64,000 bases of DNA from Lophium mytilinum (Eukaryota): assembly GCA_010093605.1 (NCBI GenBank), contig MU004191.1, forward strand, positions 1,658,816-1,722,815. The letters are read 5' to 3'. Below, in pieces: positions 1 to 12,757 of the stretch. The notes beneath the pieces were generated by a model. That model saw nothing but the letters and a program-made list of their open reading frames with translations, had not been told where the DNA came from and did not search any database. How positions within the stretch are numbered: position 1 is the first letter of the stretch; every line of letters begins with the position of its first letter. The translations under genes and the position numbers were made by a program.

Positions 1-1079
1 CGTCGTCTGAGGGCCGGAAGGCGCTGCGGACTAGTCCTGTGCCGGCGTTCAGGGGGTTGCCAACGCCGCCGAGGGAGAGAGTTTCGGTTCCTGCATTGGT
101 GCGACGCTGGAAGGTGTACTCATTGCGGACGAACTCGCCAGTTTTCTCGTCAAAGGTGGGTTTGGACTGGTGGGTGAGTAGATCCAGTACTGTGTCGAGC
201 GCGAGGTACCACCGCGGGGTGAGGAACTCGGTGGAGCCGGTGTGGTCATGGAATTGGTTTACGAGGCGGAGGAAGTGGGCGATGGAATCGAGTTCGTATT
301 TGCATTCGAAGACGAAGGAGGGCTCGTAGATGGGGTGCACTTCATCTTCGCCGCCGCCGTAGGTGGGCGCCAGGCCGCTCGGGGGCGGGGGTTGGAAGGC
401 GTTGCAGTATGGCGAGCCGATCACATACTCAACCTGTGTATTTATAGCGCCTAAAATCAGGCTCTTGATAGCTGCGTCTTTCTTTGCGAGGGGTTGGTAT
501 TGGGCCAATTGGTTTGTAGAATCTCGCAGCCATTCAGCATTGATGTCACCTGTGACGATGAAGCTTTGAGCGCCTTCCCATTTGCCCTCGTCTTTCTTGC
601 CGCCTGTGACCCAGTTTGTGGTTTTCTTTTTCTTCTTTTCCGTGCCGTTGACGTGCCACCGTACTGTCGTGTCTAAGGTGTTGGGGAATGCGTTCTCGAA
701 TATGCGCGCCAAGTCCTTGTCTATCATCTTCTCGTTCATGTCGTCTATTACTTTCTCAACGAGGGGGGATTCGAAGGTTCGGCAGTGACGCGAAGGGCGC
801 TGGAAGGGGATCTCCATGGGGCCAGAACTGTATGGTGGACTGTAGCCAGATCGTATTAGCTACTGTCCCAGCTCTTGCTCTGCTCTTACGAACATACTGG
901 TTCCGCATCGCATAGTTCTTGTAGTCTGGACATGCTGCCCTGTATTTCGCCCTATCAAGGGGTACGCGCAGCGGCTCTTGGGGGTCTTTTGCGAGCGGTT
1001 CAGCTTCCGCGTGGGCGTGTCCTGCGAGCAAAGCGCTGCTCCCCAGGAATATGACTATAGGTCGGAGAAAGTCGTGCAT
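1..1079 (-). CDS. Glycoside hydrolase family 125 (DUF1237/Mug157-like) secreted protein; 3' part lies outside the window
   Basis: ATG at 1079, hydrophobic signal peptide, ACPDYKNYA. GTATGT...CTACAG intron at 840-897. The spliced frame reads HPPYSSGPMEIPFQRPSRHCRTFESPLVEKVI...RIFENAFPNTLDTTVRWH, typical of fungal GH125 N-termini. Confidence 0.85.
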
Positions 1080-2288
1080 TTTGAAGTGGGGTATACAGCG
1101 CTACGAGGCGTGTCAGACGTGTTCGGAATCGCAGCAGCTCCAGAGCGAGGTCGGGGTTGGAGGATTCTAAGAATGGATGCGGCGCGGCCAAGCACGCAAG
1201 GAGGAGATTGGACTTTCAAGACAGAAATGTACACATGCTCTTTTCCATGCCCGAGGAATTGGCGTTTTAATCTGCGTATGGGCTGGAGAAAAGGATTGGA
1301 AACGTGGAAGTGCAGGTGTACCGTGTTTGAAGCTTCCAATGAGGTCAATACGCATGTGGGGCCGAAGCTTGTAGCTTGCGGGCCCTCGCCGTCATCCTTT
1401 CTTCTCGCAATTCCGAGTCTTGAACATAGGTAGTGTGGCAGTCATCACATCTTTGATAATGTTTTAAACCCTCTGATGCTTTCGATCTACGCCTACTTTA
1501 CGATTGTGTACACTTGTCTACAGCGTCTTGACACGTCCGACGAACTAGCGCAGAAACCAAGCCACGAAAGGTAGGCACAAAAGTAGGATAATCCGGAAAG
1601 TAACGCCTCTCGGTACCGTGCTTTTAGCAGATTCTGGTCAGCCTTGGGTAAGAATCTGTCCAAAAAGGGCTTCCTCCGTCCTAACCCCAGCTATTCCACC
1701 TGTGGCTTCAAATCGACGCTAGTTCACCGGACGTGTCAAGATGCTGTAGCAGGCGTACTTGAACGAAAAGTGGCAGTCTACGAATCCGCGGTTCTGATTT
1801 CAACCCTCCTTCTGAGGCACCCGATTTACAAGCTATCCCAATCTCACACTGGACAAAGTGCAATCTACGAGCCACGGCAATAGTATGCCAAAATCAAGTC
1901 CAAATTGCACGGACTAGTTCCCGTTTGTACATCTCACAACACTCAGATTTTCCCCTTTCCTCGTCCCTAATTCACAGGCTATGCTGTTCACACGGTAAAT
2001 CAAGCCCAATTCACAAGCCATGCCAATAGTATGCCAAGATCGACACCAAATAGCACGGACTGGCTCCCGTTTGTAGATGTTACACCACCAAAAAGAAGCT
2101 GATTCTGATGTTCAGTTCAGTCTGTCTAGCATCTTGCTTCTACAAACGATCTAACATCGGATGCCACAACGCCAGCTAAGACGCAATCGACACTTCTCGC
2201 TCCATATGCCAAAAGTCGAGATTCCATGCTCCCTCTACCATAACGCCCACTACAAACGTCGCGTTCTAAACCACCACCCATACACCAC

Positions 2289-3809
2289 CTACAACGGCAC
2301 CTCCTCCATCATCTCCACCGCGCCCTCCCTCCCAACCGTCACAATCACATCCCCCAGCGTCTTACTCAGAAACCCCGCCTCCGAATAGCAGAAATAGTAC
2401 TCCCACTTCCGCCGAAACACCTCCGCCGCCTCCTCATCCCGGCCCCCTTTCACGTGATCCCGCCACAGCGCCTCCTTGATCTCGGCATCAAACTTCGCCT
2501 CGAACTCCTCCCGCCACAGCCGCAGCGCTTTCGCGTAGTGCGGGCCGATATTCTCGATGCTCTCTACGATAAGCGAGTTGTTCGAGCCCGAGGAGATCGA
2601 TGAGACGAGCTGCGCGATGCTGGGCAAATGCCCGCCGGGGAAGATATATTTCCGGATAAAGTCGTCACTACGCGCGTAGGCTTCATAGCGCGCTTCAGGG
2701 ATCGTGATGCACTGGAACACCGCCACGCCGCCTTCTTTCTTTAGCAGCTTATCTATCACACCGAAGTAGACGCCCAGGAACTCCCGCCCCACGGCTTCCA
2801 GCATCTCGATCGACACAATCTTATCGTAGGGCCCGTCAGCGGGAACGGGGAGGTCGCGGTAGTCGGTCAGCAGGACAGTGATCTTGTGGGAGAGGTTCAG
2901 CGCGGCGATGCGTTGTTCTGCGAGCTCTTTCTGCTCAGCGCTGAGCGTGATGGTAGTGACGCTGCACCCCGTGCGCTGCACAGCCTGGATCGCGAACGAG
3001 CCCCAGCCGGTGCCGATTTCGAGGACGCGGTCGGTGGGTTTGAGGTGGGCGTTGTCGATGAAGCGTTGGAGTTTGCGGTGTTGGGCGTCTTCTAGTGTCT
3101 CGTTGCTGGAGCGGGGGTCGGATTTGGGCAGCCAGATTGGGCAGGAGTATGTCATGTCTGGGGAGAGGAAGGCGGCGAACATGTCGTTGCTGATGTCGTA
3201 GTGGGCGGAGATGTTGAGGCGGGCGTTTTTGAGGCCGTTGGAGCGCCGGACGAGGGCGGTTAGGGTGCTGCTAAGGGAAGAGGTGAGGGTGGAGCCGTTG
3301 GCGAGGGCGGCTTTGTTGGCGATGAAGAGGGTGAAGAAGGCGGTTAGTGAGGGGCATTGGACTTCGCCGAGCATGTAGCTTTCTGCGAATCCCTGGTAGG
3401 GGTGTTAGCCGTGGTTTCCTGAAGAAGGTTTGCGTTGACGAGGAGGCGATGCTCAATTGCGCTTGAGTGGTGGATCTGGCGTCTCTGTCTCTTCTCTAGG
3501 GCAGAGTACTGGCAGCTCTATGGTCTAAGAACTAGGAAAACTCACCATGTCGCCTAAAAGTGCTAACCGCACCCAGAACTTGTCGCTCTTGACGCGCAAT
3601 ATGACCGTAGGGTATCCTTCCTTCTCGTTTCCGCACATGGTGGACGACTTGGCGCCGCCCTCGTAGATAGCAAGACGCCCATGCTCAATCTTCTTGAAGA
3701 CAGACATGCAGGCTGTCCTGGATAGCCCCGCAAGCGGGCCCCAAGCTTGTGATTGAGCTGACGTCCATAGCGACTGTGCGCTCTCGAATGGCGCGTAGAG
3801 GAAGTTCAT
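2289..3809 (-). CDS. Cyclopropane-fatty-acyl-phospholipid synthase-like SAM methyltransferase (2 exons)
   Basis: Exon 1 3809-3546, intron 3393-3545 (GTGAGT...CAG), exon 2 3392-2289; the junction reads LGDM|GFAESYM. Motifs: NISAHYDISNDMF, VLEIGTGWG, IVSIEMLEAVG, FIRKYIFPGG, WEYYFCYSEAGF. Confidence 0.92.
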
Positions 3810-5108
3810 GCTTCAGGGAAGCGCAATATTTCGGTTGAGTCGAATGGAGTGGTTCGAATTGTGGTCGAGGGACGAAGTGTCCTGGTGTGTTCGGGATGCG
3901 ATTGAGGAACAGTAACAATTTGAGAATCTCTCGAAGCCGGTCAGGTGGGGTATCAGCGCGAGAATGGAATGATAAAAATTAACGGCAGAGCTACTGGCTG
4001 CAGTGACGCACTCGATCCGAAGGGTCCCAAGACGACGTGTGCGGAAAGAGAAATGGAAAGCAACGCGCAATCAGCTGCAGAACAGGATTTCAAGCTATGT
4101 TACGAGAGATGAGAGAGGGAAGAAGAAAGGACTACTGTTACAGCGTCCCCTCAGATTATAAGAGCTCTACATTCTGGAGGGCGGACAATTGCTACGCCGA
4201 CGCTGGGCTCTTGCGGGCCGACATTCCTCTGTTTGTTCTGGCATGGAAGCCACAGGGACGCGCCAGAACGAAAAGTGTTGTGGAGTCTGCCTGAGGTGCA
4301 GAATCGATGAGAGACACCTTGCCCTAAGCGGCGTGTCAATGACGTTTGCAGTCGAGGCAGCCATCACGGAGGAGTCGCACAGCAGCGAGGGTCACCTCTC
4401 GAGCTGTGCGTGAGGGCGCCGGATGAAATCAAGGATGATCAGTATGTGGGAGCAGATGGCTCTGGAGTGATATACTTATCGTGAGTATCGCCGTGCTGCG
4501 GCGTGGTGTTGAGCTGTGCAGCGTGACGGCATGTGTGACGATCGGTGAATTAAATCGTGCAGGGATTCGCTCCCTAGCGCGGGGTCGTTCCTGCATTGCT
4601 CCCGTCCAAGCTTCGGCATGCCGACTTCGGTCGTTGAGACAGCCCGGTTCGCCGTTAGAGTTTGACGTCTGCCGGTAGCATCTAGCTGCATTCATGTAAG
4701 CCTACGCGTAAAACTGCCTATTCTTCGCGGCAATGACGCACGACATATTGATGTTTGAGAATGCCGACACAGGTAAGATGTCTGCTGAGATTAAAAAGCT
4801 AGCATTTAGTATCAGTGAGACGGAAAGCAGTCAAGACCAGATATGGAGCCAAAAGCTGTTGTAAGTTGGATGGTAAGCTATTCAGCGGAAGAAGGAAAAG
4901 TATATACAAGCTGCTGAGTAAGCGGCCAGACAGGAAGGGGCCGACGGCGTGAATCTCATCATCATAATCTAGATCTGAATCGAATGGTAAAAGGAGAAGG
5001 TAGGATGTATCTGAAAACGTTTTGCGCATCGATATCAAGTGTTACTAAAGCGCTTGTGATATATGCGATGGTATATATATCGGCTCAAAAATGGGAGATG
5101 TAACCAAC

Positions 5109-6120
5109 TCAATGGCTCCTTAGCTCGAAGAGAATCTCGCGATAGTTGATGTTACGACAGGGCGGGATACGTTCTGCTATTCCCTGAAGCAAATCCGGCC
5201 TTGCGTGTCCATACAATTGACCCTTTCCGAACTCGAATCGCTGCTCGTTATCTTTCGACTTCTCTTTCTCTGCAGCTTCATCCCACTCCGAAAGCAGCCT
5301 TCCTCGTATCCGTTCTGCCCAGCTTCTTCGTTGATCATGCGTCAATATCTTCTTCCTTCCTTCAAATACTACTTCACTACCTTCAGTTTCGTAGTCATCA
5401 ATCTCCGGAGCGTCCCCAATCACCACAGTAACTCTCTCAAGTGGAAGGCGTTGCAGGCGTAAAACTCCAAAGAGGGTATACCCTGACGCTGAAATTACTG
5501 GGTGCCGGTTGACGTTGTAATCGGGCCTCCCGAGTTCGTATAGTTCCACGTCTATATGCAATATCCGTAATCCAGATATTGACTTGACTAGATTAGAAGT
5601 GATGTGATCATTCCATTGCTCTACGGTTGTTTTGCAAGGAACGCTGAGTTGTAGAGCACGAATTTCTCGTCGTTGTTCTTGTACAAGACCGGCTAGAAAC
5701 AGAGACAGTGATGGTCCGCATCTTGCTGCAAACATGTTCGAGTTGAAAGGTAAGAGTGCGGTTTCATGGTAGCTTTGAGTGCACACTCGAAGCGAATCCA
5801 GGTGTAAAGGTCGACGACGGTGGATAGGTCGAAGCTTTTGCCGTTTTCTTGCGAGACGATGGAGAGATGGCATGCAATCGTCATGCCGGTCAGCGAACGG
5901 GGGGATATCATCATCTGTACGGATGGCTAAGGGTATCTTGGACTGGGCGTATGCCTCGTCTTCCGAGATAACGGAAACGCAGGGATAGAGCTGGACTTTG
6001 CCGTCCTCTTCATGGATGTGGATTAAAGCACCACCAATGACCAACTCAAAGATGTGGCTGCGTAGCTCAGCGGGTAAGCGCAAAAGCGGCGACTCGTTGG
6101 CAATTATTTCAGGGCTGCCG
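5109..6120 (-). CDS. Hypothetical protein with an N-terminal F-box-like motif (main exon; start codon in an unresolved upstream exon)
   Basis: Long open frame containing SPLLRLPAELRSHIFELVIGG. The ORF-track start is GTG. A likely intron lies at 6121-6194 (GTAAGC...CTAACTATAG). Confidence 0.65.
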
Positions 6121-7941
6121 CTATAGTTAGCGCAGCTTCTCAAGTGAGACGACAATCTGAAAATTCCACATCTATGAGAGTGCACCGAGCTTACGTCTCT
6201 CTAGAAGCAGCGTTGGGATGTCGAAGAGACAAGAGTCGAAGTCGTTCAGCTTTTTGACGTTTGGACCTTGCCCGTTTGAAGGGGGCTTAAAACTTTTTGT
6301 TGACTTACGCGTTAGACTTTTGAGAGCTGTGCAAGCTTTTTGCGATAGGAAATCACCAGTGGATACGTAATTGGAATGATGAAGGAATTGAACGGGTTGC
6401 GAGATCAGTCAGGTGGTCAGTGCTGATTATATTAGTATGCATTAGAGCCCGCCCAGAATACACCTCTTTTGCACGCTACAGCTACTTACGGATCACCACA
6501 TCTCCTCATCACCACTCCACGCCATCGCGACCAACGAACGACGCGTCAAACGAACAACACGAGCATCACGTATTCTGGCGACCTTCACTGCGCGAAGTTT
6601 GCTAGCAAGGTTCATTACACTTACGCAAGAATTGCCCGCAATGTCTTTCCAGCAGCACTCAGCTTTCTGAGCCCCTTAATTGTCGCTGAAGGCAGCCTTT
6701 TAATAGCTTGTGCCTCGAACAGCGATACCTACCTTCATTTAACCTCCTTCCTCACTGTCCACTACCCAAGTGTGAATAGTTTCCAGGTTTTGGTATGCGG
6801 CCGTCTGCGCAGCGCTCTCTCGGTATTGAAATATCAGCCACCCAAGGATTTAACTCACGCAACAAGAGAAGAGTCTTACGATCATCAGTACGTATAGATA
6901 CTTTTGCATATCTGTAATTCCGCAGCAGCTCGGTAAAGACCTCTGACCCTCCACATATCTTGCCGCGAGATGGATGAACTCCGCACCGCAGAGCGCCAGG
7001 TCGCGAGACAAGTCAGTGTCTATACCGCATAGCTGCTCCGTGAAAGGTACAAGCTCTCACTATAAGACGAATCAGCATGTGAACTCGTATTACTACACCT
7101 ACGGGCACCCAATAGCCTACATTATTGCGCGCGTTTGGACATCCTCCAAGGGCCGTAAGATAAGAGCCAGTTGATATTACTATGAGCCTACAATGTTAGA
7201 GGTATGTCCGACTTAACGCCCCAAGATTGAGTTACTTGGAACCACTAATGGTTCTAGGCTGCCAGGGGGGCTTCAATTACGTTAGTAGCTGGAAAATTGA
7301 GAAATCTGACGTCTCAAGTCAAACCGCTATATTTGCAACATCGGACGCGTCTAAGGTACAGGACTTCCAGGAGGTCCTGAACACGTCAATTGATTCGGAA
7401 ACTCGAGAACGTCACCCTCCTCGTTTCAAGAGTCCGGTATCAGACAAAGAAGATGCTCGCGGTCGCTTCCCTCGATACTATCAACAATGTCATATTACTC
7501 AAAATTCGACGACCAAATTTTCACAATCAGGTTTCCAAGAAGCTTTTCAGGCACGAGGTTACATTGCTGTTATCTATTTGATAGGGGGTGAGGGGGTTTA
7601 GGATTGAGAATGCTGGCTGACTAATATAGTCCGAGGCCTTTAAGAGACCTGCTGCCAGCGGAAAAGAACAAGACCGAACGCCATTTCCGTGTACTACAAA
7701 ATCAGGACGCCTTTCAGTTGATATTTCCGGTCAACAAAAATCATCAGAGATCTCCGCGACGTTCTATAAGAATAGATCGAAGATCGTACAGTTGACGATG
7801 CTCTCGGCTTATGTCGATGGGATAAGTAGGACAGTGACGATCAGATTCCCTGCAGGTCAGCAGTATCTCGGAATCTAAAGTCTAGTCCCATCTTTGTCTG
7901 CAATTTAGGGTTCTATGCACAATGGGGACACGGCATCGACC

Positions 7942-8424
7942 CTAATTGGCCGCCGTCTGTGCGCCCCTCCGGATCTTCGCACCCTTCTTGCCTTTTTGCT
8001 TGGGGGGATCAATGGGAGCGTTTTGCTTCCCATCTGCTCCATCATCCTCGTTGTCTTCGTCCTTGTTCACCTTAGGGCGATAGTACTTCTTCTTGCCCTC
8101 CGGTGCACGCCAGTCGGTGTCGTAAGCCGGCTCGGGTTCTTCTTCTTCGGGCTCTTCCTCCTTCTTCTTGCCAAGAGTAGAGAAGAATTCGACAATTCGG
8201 TTCTTAGGGCGCCTCTTGAAGGCGGCTTCCTCTGCAAGATTGTAGCCAGCTGAGTAACCATGCTCGAAGCATCCATGCTTGAGGGCGTAGATGTGCCCGC
8301 ACTCGTGGCAGTACTCGACGTGAGGGCCAATGCAGCGCTGTTTCACTGGCCCATTGCATACAGCGCAATGATGGCTTCGTTTGCCAGTCGTTCCCGACTT
8401 TGCGTTCTTTACGTACGGGGGCAT
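7942..8424 (-). CDS. Small orphan Cys/His-rich protein with a charged C-terminus (putative Zn-binding)
   Basis: ATG at 8424 (an in-frame ATG also exists at 8547). Pattern HHCAVC...CIGPH...CHECGH...HGCFEH, followed by Lys- and Glu/Asp-rich runs. Confidence 0.6.
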   Translation of the reverse strand: MPPYVKNAKSGTTGKRSHHCAVCNGPVKQRCIGPHVEYCHECGHIYALKHGCFEHGYSAGYNLAEEAAFKRRPKNRIVEFFSTLGKKKEEEPEEEEPEPAYDTDWRAPEGKKKYYRPKVNKDEDNEDDGADGKQNAPIDPPKQKGKKGAKIRRGAQTAAN

Positions 8425-8904
8425 GCTAGAAGCAGTGGATGGGAGAGGGTATGTACTGGATAGCAGTGGAGGTTGTGGTGGGGTGGGGTTGTGCTGTGAG
8501 ATGATAGATAATAGATGATCAAGGGAATAGGGGAGGTAGAATACCATTATATCCCTCTTCTAGGGAAGTGAATTTGTGCTTCTCAACACTTGTGCATTCA
8601 CGTGGGCGAGGTATTCGCACATTGAATTCCGCACTAGTGGCATAAAAGTGTTGTTGTTAGTATTTGTGGCTGGAAACATTGTTAGGTGACATGGGAGGGG
8701 GTTTGTCTTTCACAATCTGGCTCCTTATAAAGAGACCTCTATTTCACCCTGTCATCAACATCTAAGTTCCTTCAATCATCCACCCAACACCACCCCTACT
8801 CTGGCAGCGCCCACACCACCACCACGTTGGTCATAACAAGTCAGCTCAGTCTCAACGCTTCTTCGATTTCACTCCACAGGAACGCGCAAGTTCGTAAATT
8901 CGAG

Positions 8905-10410
8905 ATGGCCAGTGGGATGTTCAAGCATGTTTGCACGAAGATACGTGAGAAGACGACACGTAAATCGGCAAAAGCACCCAAAGGCAACAAGCGAAAGGAC
9001 GATAGCAAGAAGCCAACTTTCATACGGAAAGCCCTAAAGTACCTCCGCGAACCTTACAGCGTTTCACTCCCCATAGTTAGAAAGGGTGGCGAGGTAGCGG
9101 ACTTCGAAACTCGATACTGGGGACCAGTCAAGAAGACATCACACCGGGCGCTGATCGACCTAGCTCGGTCGATTCTTGACCCCGACAATGTCGTTCTTGG
9201 GGAAGGTATACGTGTCGTGAAAGAGTCAGAAGGCTCCTATCACAAGGTCTGGATCCTGGAACACTTCGCCGGCCAGAAAGTTGCCATCAAAGTTCCCGCT
9301 ATTGGACACGCTGCGCGTTGGATGCCTGTGGACGCCGTGAACCTTCGCTCGGAGGCTCTCACAATGGAATACATCCGGCTAAAAACGAAGTGCCCAGTTC
9401 CAAAGGTGCTAAACTTCGATTGCACATTCGACAACCCCATCGGTTGCCCTTACATCATGATGGAAAATGTGGAGGGCATCTCGGCGTACGATGCTTGGTT
9501 CCCCGAAGAAGAGGGCGAACTTCCCCTTGAGGAAGTCCGTGAAAACATACTCACCTCTCTTGCCGGCGCCATGGCTGAGTTGCGCCACCTGGAGTTCGAC
9601 AAGATTGGAATGCTATATTTCGATGACTTGAATAATCCTACCGTTGGAGACGTTCAGACTTTCGTCGAACCCGCATGTGACACTCGACACCCGGAAGATG
9701 ACGGGATCGCCCGAGAACAAGCCACGATTCCCGCCTTCAAAACTACCAAAGAATACTACAAAGCGGAACTCGAGTCAGAACGGCTTCGTCCCGGCGACTG
9801 GCGGTCTGCAGCTATCCGCAAAGTTTGCAGACTTGCTCTCGACGGTAAACCTTTCACCACGGCTTCATCCCGCTATGGGATCGATAACCAGCCCGAGAAG
9901 TTCCTACTCATGCACCCAGACTTCAACTACCAGAACATCATGGTCACGCCAGATGGCAAGCAGATCACCGGGATCTTCGACTGGGATGGCGTCCAAACCG
10001 TTCCACGTTGCATCGGCTACTCCGCTGTGCCCGTTTGGCTCCGCCAAGACTGGCAGTCTGATTACGTTTCGCCAGACGACCACCTCGAGACTCATACTGT
10101 GGATGAGCTAGAGAAGTATCGCAAGTTTTATGCGCAAGCAATGCGGGATGCGGCTGGCGAAGACTCGGATTGGAAATATACGGAGAATAGCCCTATTGCT
10201 TGCGCACTACACTCGGCCTTGTATGGGCAAGGGAATCTAGCGAGCTTTGCGGAAAAGCTGCTAATAGAGGCGTTTCCGAAGTCTAAGATGCAGGTTATAA
10301 TGAACCGGCTTGGTCGGGGACATTGGGAGCTTGGTGAAGATGCATTGCGAGAGCGTTTGCCTAGGACTTTTGGTTGTTACAATGTTCATTCTTGCGCGCA
10401 TTGCTGTTGA
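8905..10410 (+). CDS. Aminoglycoside-phosphotransferase (APH)-like protein kinase, intronless
   Basis: First ATG at 8905; TATAA at about 8727. Motifs: EGSYHKVW, VAIKVP, SEALTMEYI...PVPKV, PYIMMENVEG, HPDFNYQNIMV (catalytic loop), IFDWD. Confidence 0.88.
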   Translation: MASGMFKHVCTKIREKTTRKSAKAPKGNKRKDDSKKPTFIRKALKYLREPYSVSLPIVRKGGEVADFETRYWGPVKKTSHRALIDLARSILDPDNVVLGEGIRVVKESEGSYHKVWILEHFAGQKVAIKVPAIGHAARWMPVDAVNLRSEALTMEYIRLKTKCPVPKVLNFDCTFDNPIGCPYIMMENVEGISAYDAWFPEEEGELPLEEVRENILTSLAGAMAELRHLEFDKIGMLYFDDLNNPTVGDVQTFVEPACDTRHPEDDGIAREQATIPAFKTTKEYYKAELESERLRPGDWRSAAIRKVCRLALDGKPFTTASSRYGIDNQPEKFLLMHPDFNYQNIMVTPDGKQITGIFDWDGVQTVPRCIGYSAVPVWLRQDWQSDYVSPDDHLETHTVDELEKYRKFYAQAMRDAAGEDSDWKYTENSPIACALHSALYGQGNLASFAEKLLIEAFPKSKMQVIMNRLGRGHWELGEDALRERLPRTFGCYNVHSCAHCC

Positions 10411-10665
10411 AAACTTTTGTTTTTCTAATATACTTTTCTCTTTAGAAACGACTTACCTAGCGAAACTTCGTCCAGTAGAACTTGTTTCGAGACACAATGC
10501 TAAAACTTTTCTCCCCTAGCTGAGCGCTTCCCATTCTAGCCAAAACGTTTGTGGACATTCCAATGTTCCGCAGCTTTAATCGCGAACATTTACCAAAGAT
10601 ATGTATGCCAAAAGAAATCTAAGCTTTGGAACTCGGAATTGTAAGCTCTGATATTCTACGTGACC

Positions 10666-11670
10666 ATGGAGCTAGCAGAGTTTGTCGTCTACGTCAAGAG
10701 CCAACACGATGGTAGTTGTGAGAGAGTTGACCCTAACATCAAGAACGGCGTCCACGTGTTCAAAGCGGGAAAATGTTCTAGTAGCTCGACATTGCATTCT
10801 GCGGTCGATGTCTATCTGACGTTCCCGGCTTTCGACGTTGTGCCTCAGTTATCAGCCCAGTCACCCGACAAGGCAGATTTAGCTCAGTCCGTTATCAAGT
10901 ACATCGAGCGCGCTTGCGATGGATACAACCTCATTCCGCTCCAAACAAATGCCCTGACGCGATGGCGCGTATCGAAAGACGGCCTGACGGAGCAGTTGAA
11001 AGCTGAGAACATCTCGAATACCGTAGGCGTAGAGGGTATCCAGAAAGTAGTCAAAATGTTCGCAGACCTGTTATTCTTCGGCGCCTGGAAGGAAGACTAT
11101 ATCAAGATCGAGTGGGTCGACGGAACTGATAAGCAGGTGTGGGGTTGGGCGACCGAGTACACAATATCCTTAGACCCCATCGCTCCTCACAGAGAACTCT
11201 CAAGCATAGCTGTAGCCCCGAAGCTCCTAAACTTTATCCTCCATGAGGTTATCCACGTCTTTCTCCACCGATTCGCCTGTGCGGCCTGCGGCTCGACACC
11301 GCACGGCAAAGCATGGCAGCCCATCGCATTCAAGCTTGAGGAGGTTGCCACGGACCTGCTCGGCTTTCCCGTCAACCTGGGCAGACTGACCAGCTTGCAA
11401 GGTGATCTGAGGAATGGGCGTGCAGAACTGCCGTGCTTCCACGATGTCTACCTGTATGAATTCGAGTGCTCGTTACCTATGTCAGGGACGGTTGCGCAAT
11501 CAATCCAGCGCACAGGTCGCGGTATCGCTGCTCAGTGGTTTCTTCGAAGCACTAGAACAGGGGGTACCTTTAAGGCTACGATGCTGCGCAGGCAACGGAT
11601 GGTCGATCGGAGGTTTTCCCAGACCCAAGCAGATTTGTTTAGCGGCAAAGTCACTAAGAAGAGGAAATAG
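10666..11670 (+). CDS. SprT-like HEXXH zinc metalloprotease-domain protein
   Basis: Intronless ORF with ILHEVIHVFL followed by CAACGSTPHGKAWQ (HEXXH plus a downstream HG..W third ligand); basic C-terminal tail KKRK. Confidence 0.7.
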   Translation: MELAEFVVYVKSQHDGSCERVDPNIKNGVHVFKAGKCSSSSTLHSAVDVYLTFPAFDVVPQLSAQSPDKADLAQSVIKYIERACDGYNLIPLQTNALTRWRVSKDGLTEQLKAENISNTVGVEGIQKVVKMFADLLFFGAWKEDYIKIEWVDGTDKQVWGWATEYTISLDPIAPHRELSSIAVAPKLLNFILHEVIHVFLHRFACAACGSTPHGKAWQPIAFKLEEVATDLLGFPVNLGRLTSLQGDLRNGRAELPCFHDVYLYEFECSLPMSGTVAQSIQRTGRGIAAQWFLRSTRTGGTFKATMLRRQRMVDRRFSQTQADLFSGKVTKKRK

Positions 11671-12757
11671 GATACTGTAGGATCTGCTTCTTCGTCGTAC
11701 GGACGTGTATTCAATGCCACACTGTTACACTCACATCGATGCTTACTCCCGAATTATGCGAAACCTCCCCAAAAGGACGATTTCACCCAAATACCAATAC
11801 CCAGTGTGATCCCTTACACATCCACTCCAACCCTATTTTCAACCTCTCGCCTTCCTTCCCGCTCCCAACCCACCCCCGAACCACCAAACGGTCAGCACAT
11901 TTGTGACAAACGATTGAACGCCATCACCACATCAGCTCAAAGACGGCCGAGTTTCAGTAATCTCTTGAGTAGGACAAGCTCGTGCTTACAGACCCGGAAA
12001 AGCCGATGCCAATAGCTCGGTCCGCAGAAACCGTATACCCCTCGAAGATGGTCTCTGAGAAACGTCAAGGGGCAGTGAAGAAAGCGATTGACGAGTACGA
12101 GACCGGAGTGTCGCAAGCCTAAAACCAGTGAACAGAATCCTTGTAAATATTTCCCTCGCTCGCACTCAACAAACTATCCCCAGCATAACTTATACAACCT
12201 TCCAATCCCAATCCCAAACATAAGTATAAGTACCTATTATTCCTTGGCACCTTTTCAATAAACCAATTTAGCTTTGAATCGGACTTTGCCCGGACAATTA
12301 CCCCGTCGGCAATACCATCGTCACTTCGCTGATGGTTCAGTTGGCTTATCCAGTGAAACCAGAATTTGGTGGCCACACCCTCCCTTTCAGGAGGGTGGTG
12401 TTTCGCCTTTGAGATAGAATCGGGGAGCGGGCATTCTTTTTTGTATTCTTCTTAGGATCTCGGGAGATGAGCGAGCATGGGAAACGCGCTGTGCGTTCAA
12501 AGAGAGTAGAAGCTGAATAGAATTTTCTTTTCAAGTGATAACGAATCGAATCAATCAAGATAACTCACTCAAACACGGAGAGTCTCATGAAATAATTTAG
12601 AAGACTTACAAGTACCGCATATGCCATACACCCACGTAAACAAAATGCTCAGTATGCTCAACCCAATATGCCGAAATCAACGTTTACCGCCAACGCCAGC
12701 TCTATGCAAAAGCCAAAATCAACGCGCGCCGCCAACGCCAATGCCCAATGCAAGATC

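Noticed and set aside
6420..7900. Short ORFs as genes
   Set aside because: No recognisable motifs or consistent splice structure; possibly decayed sequence.
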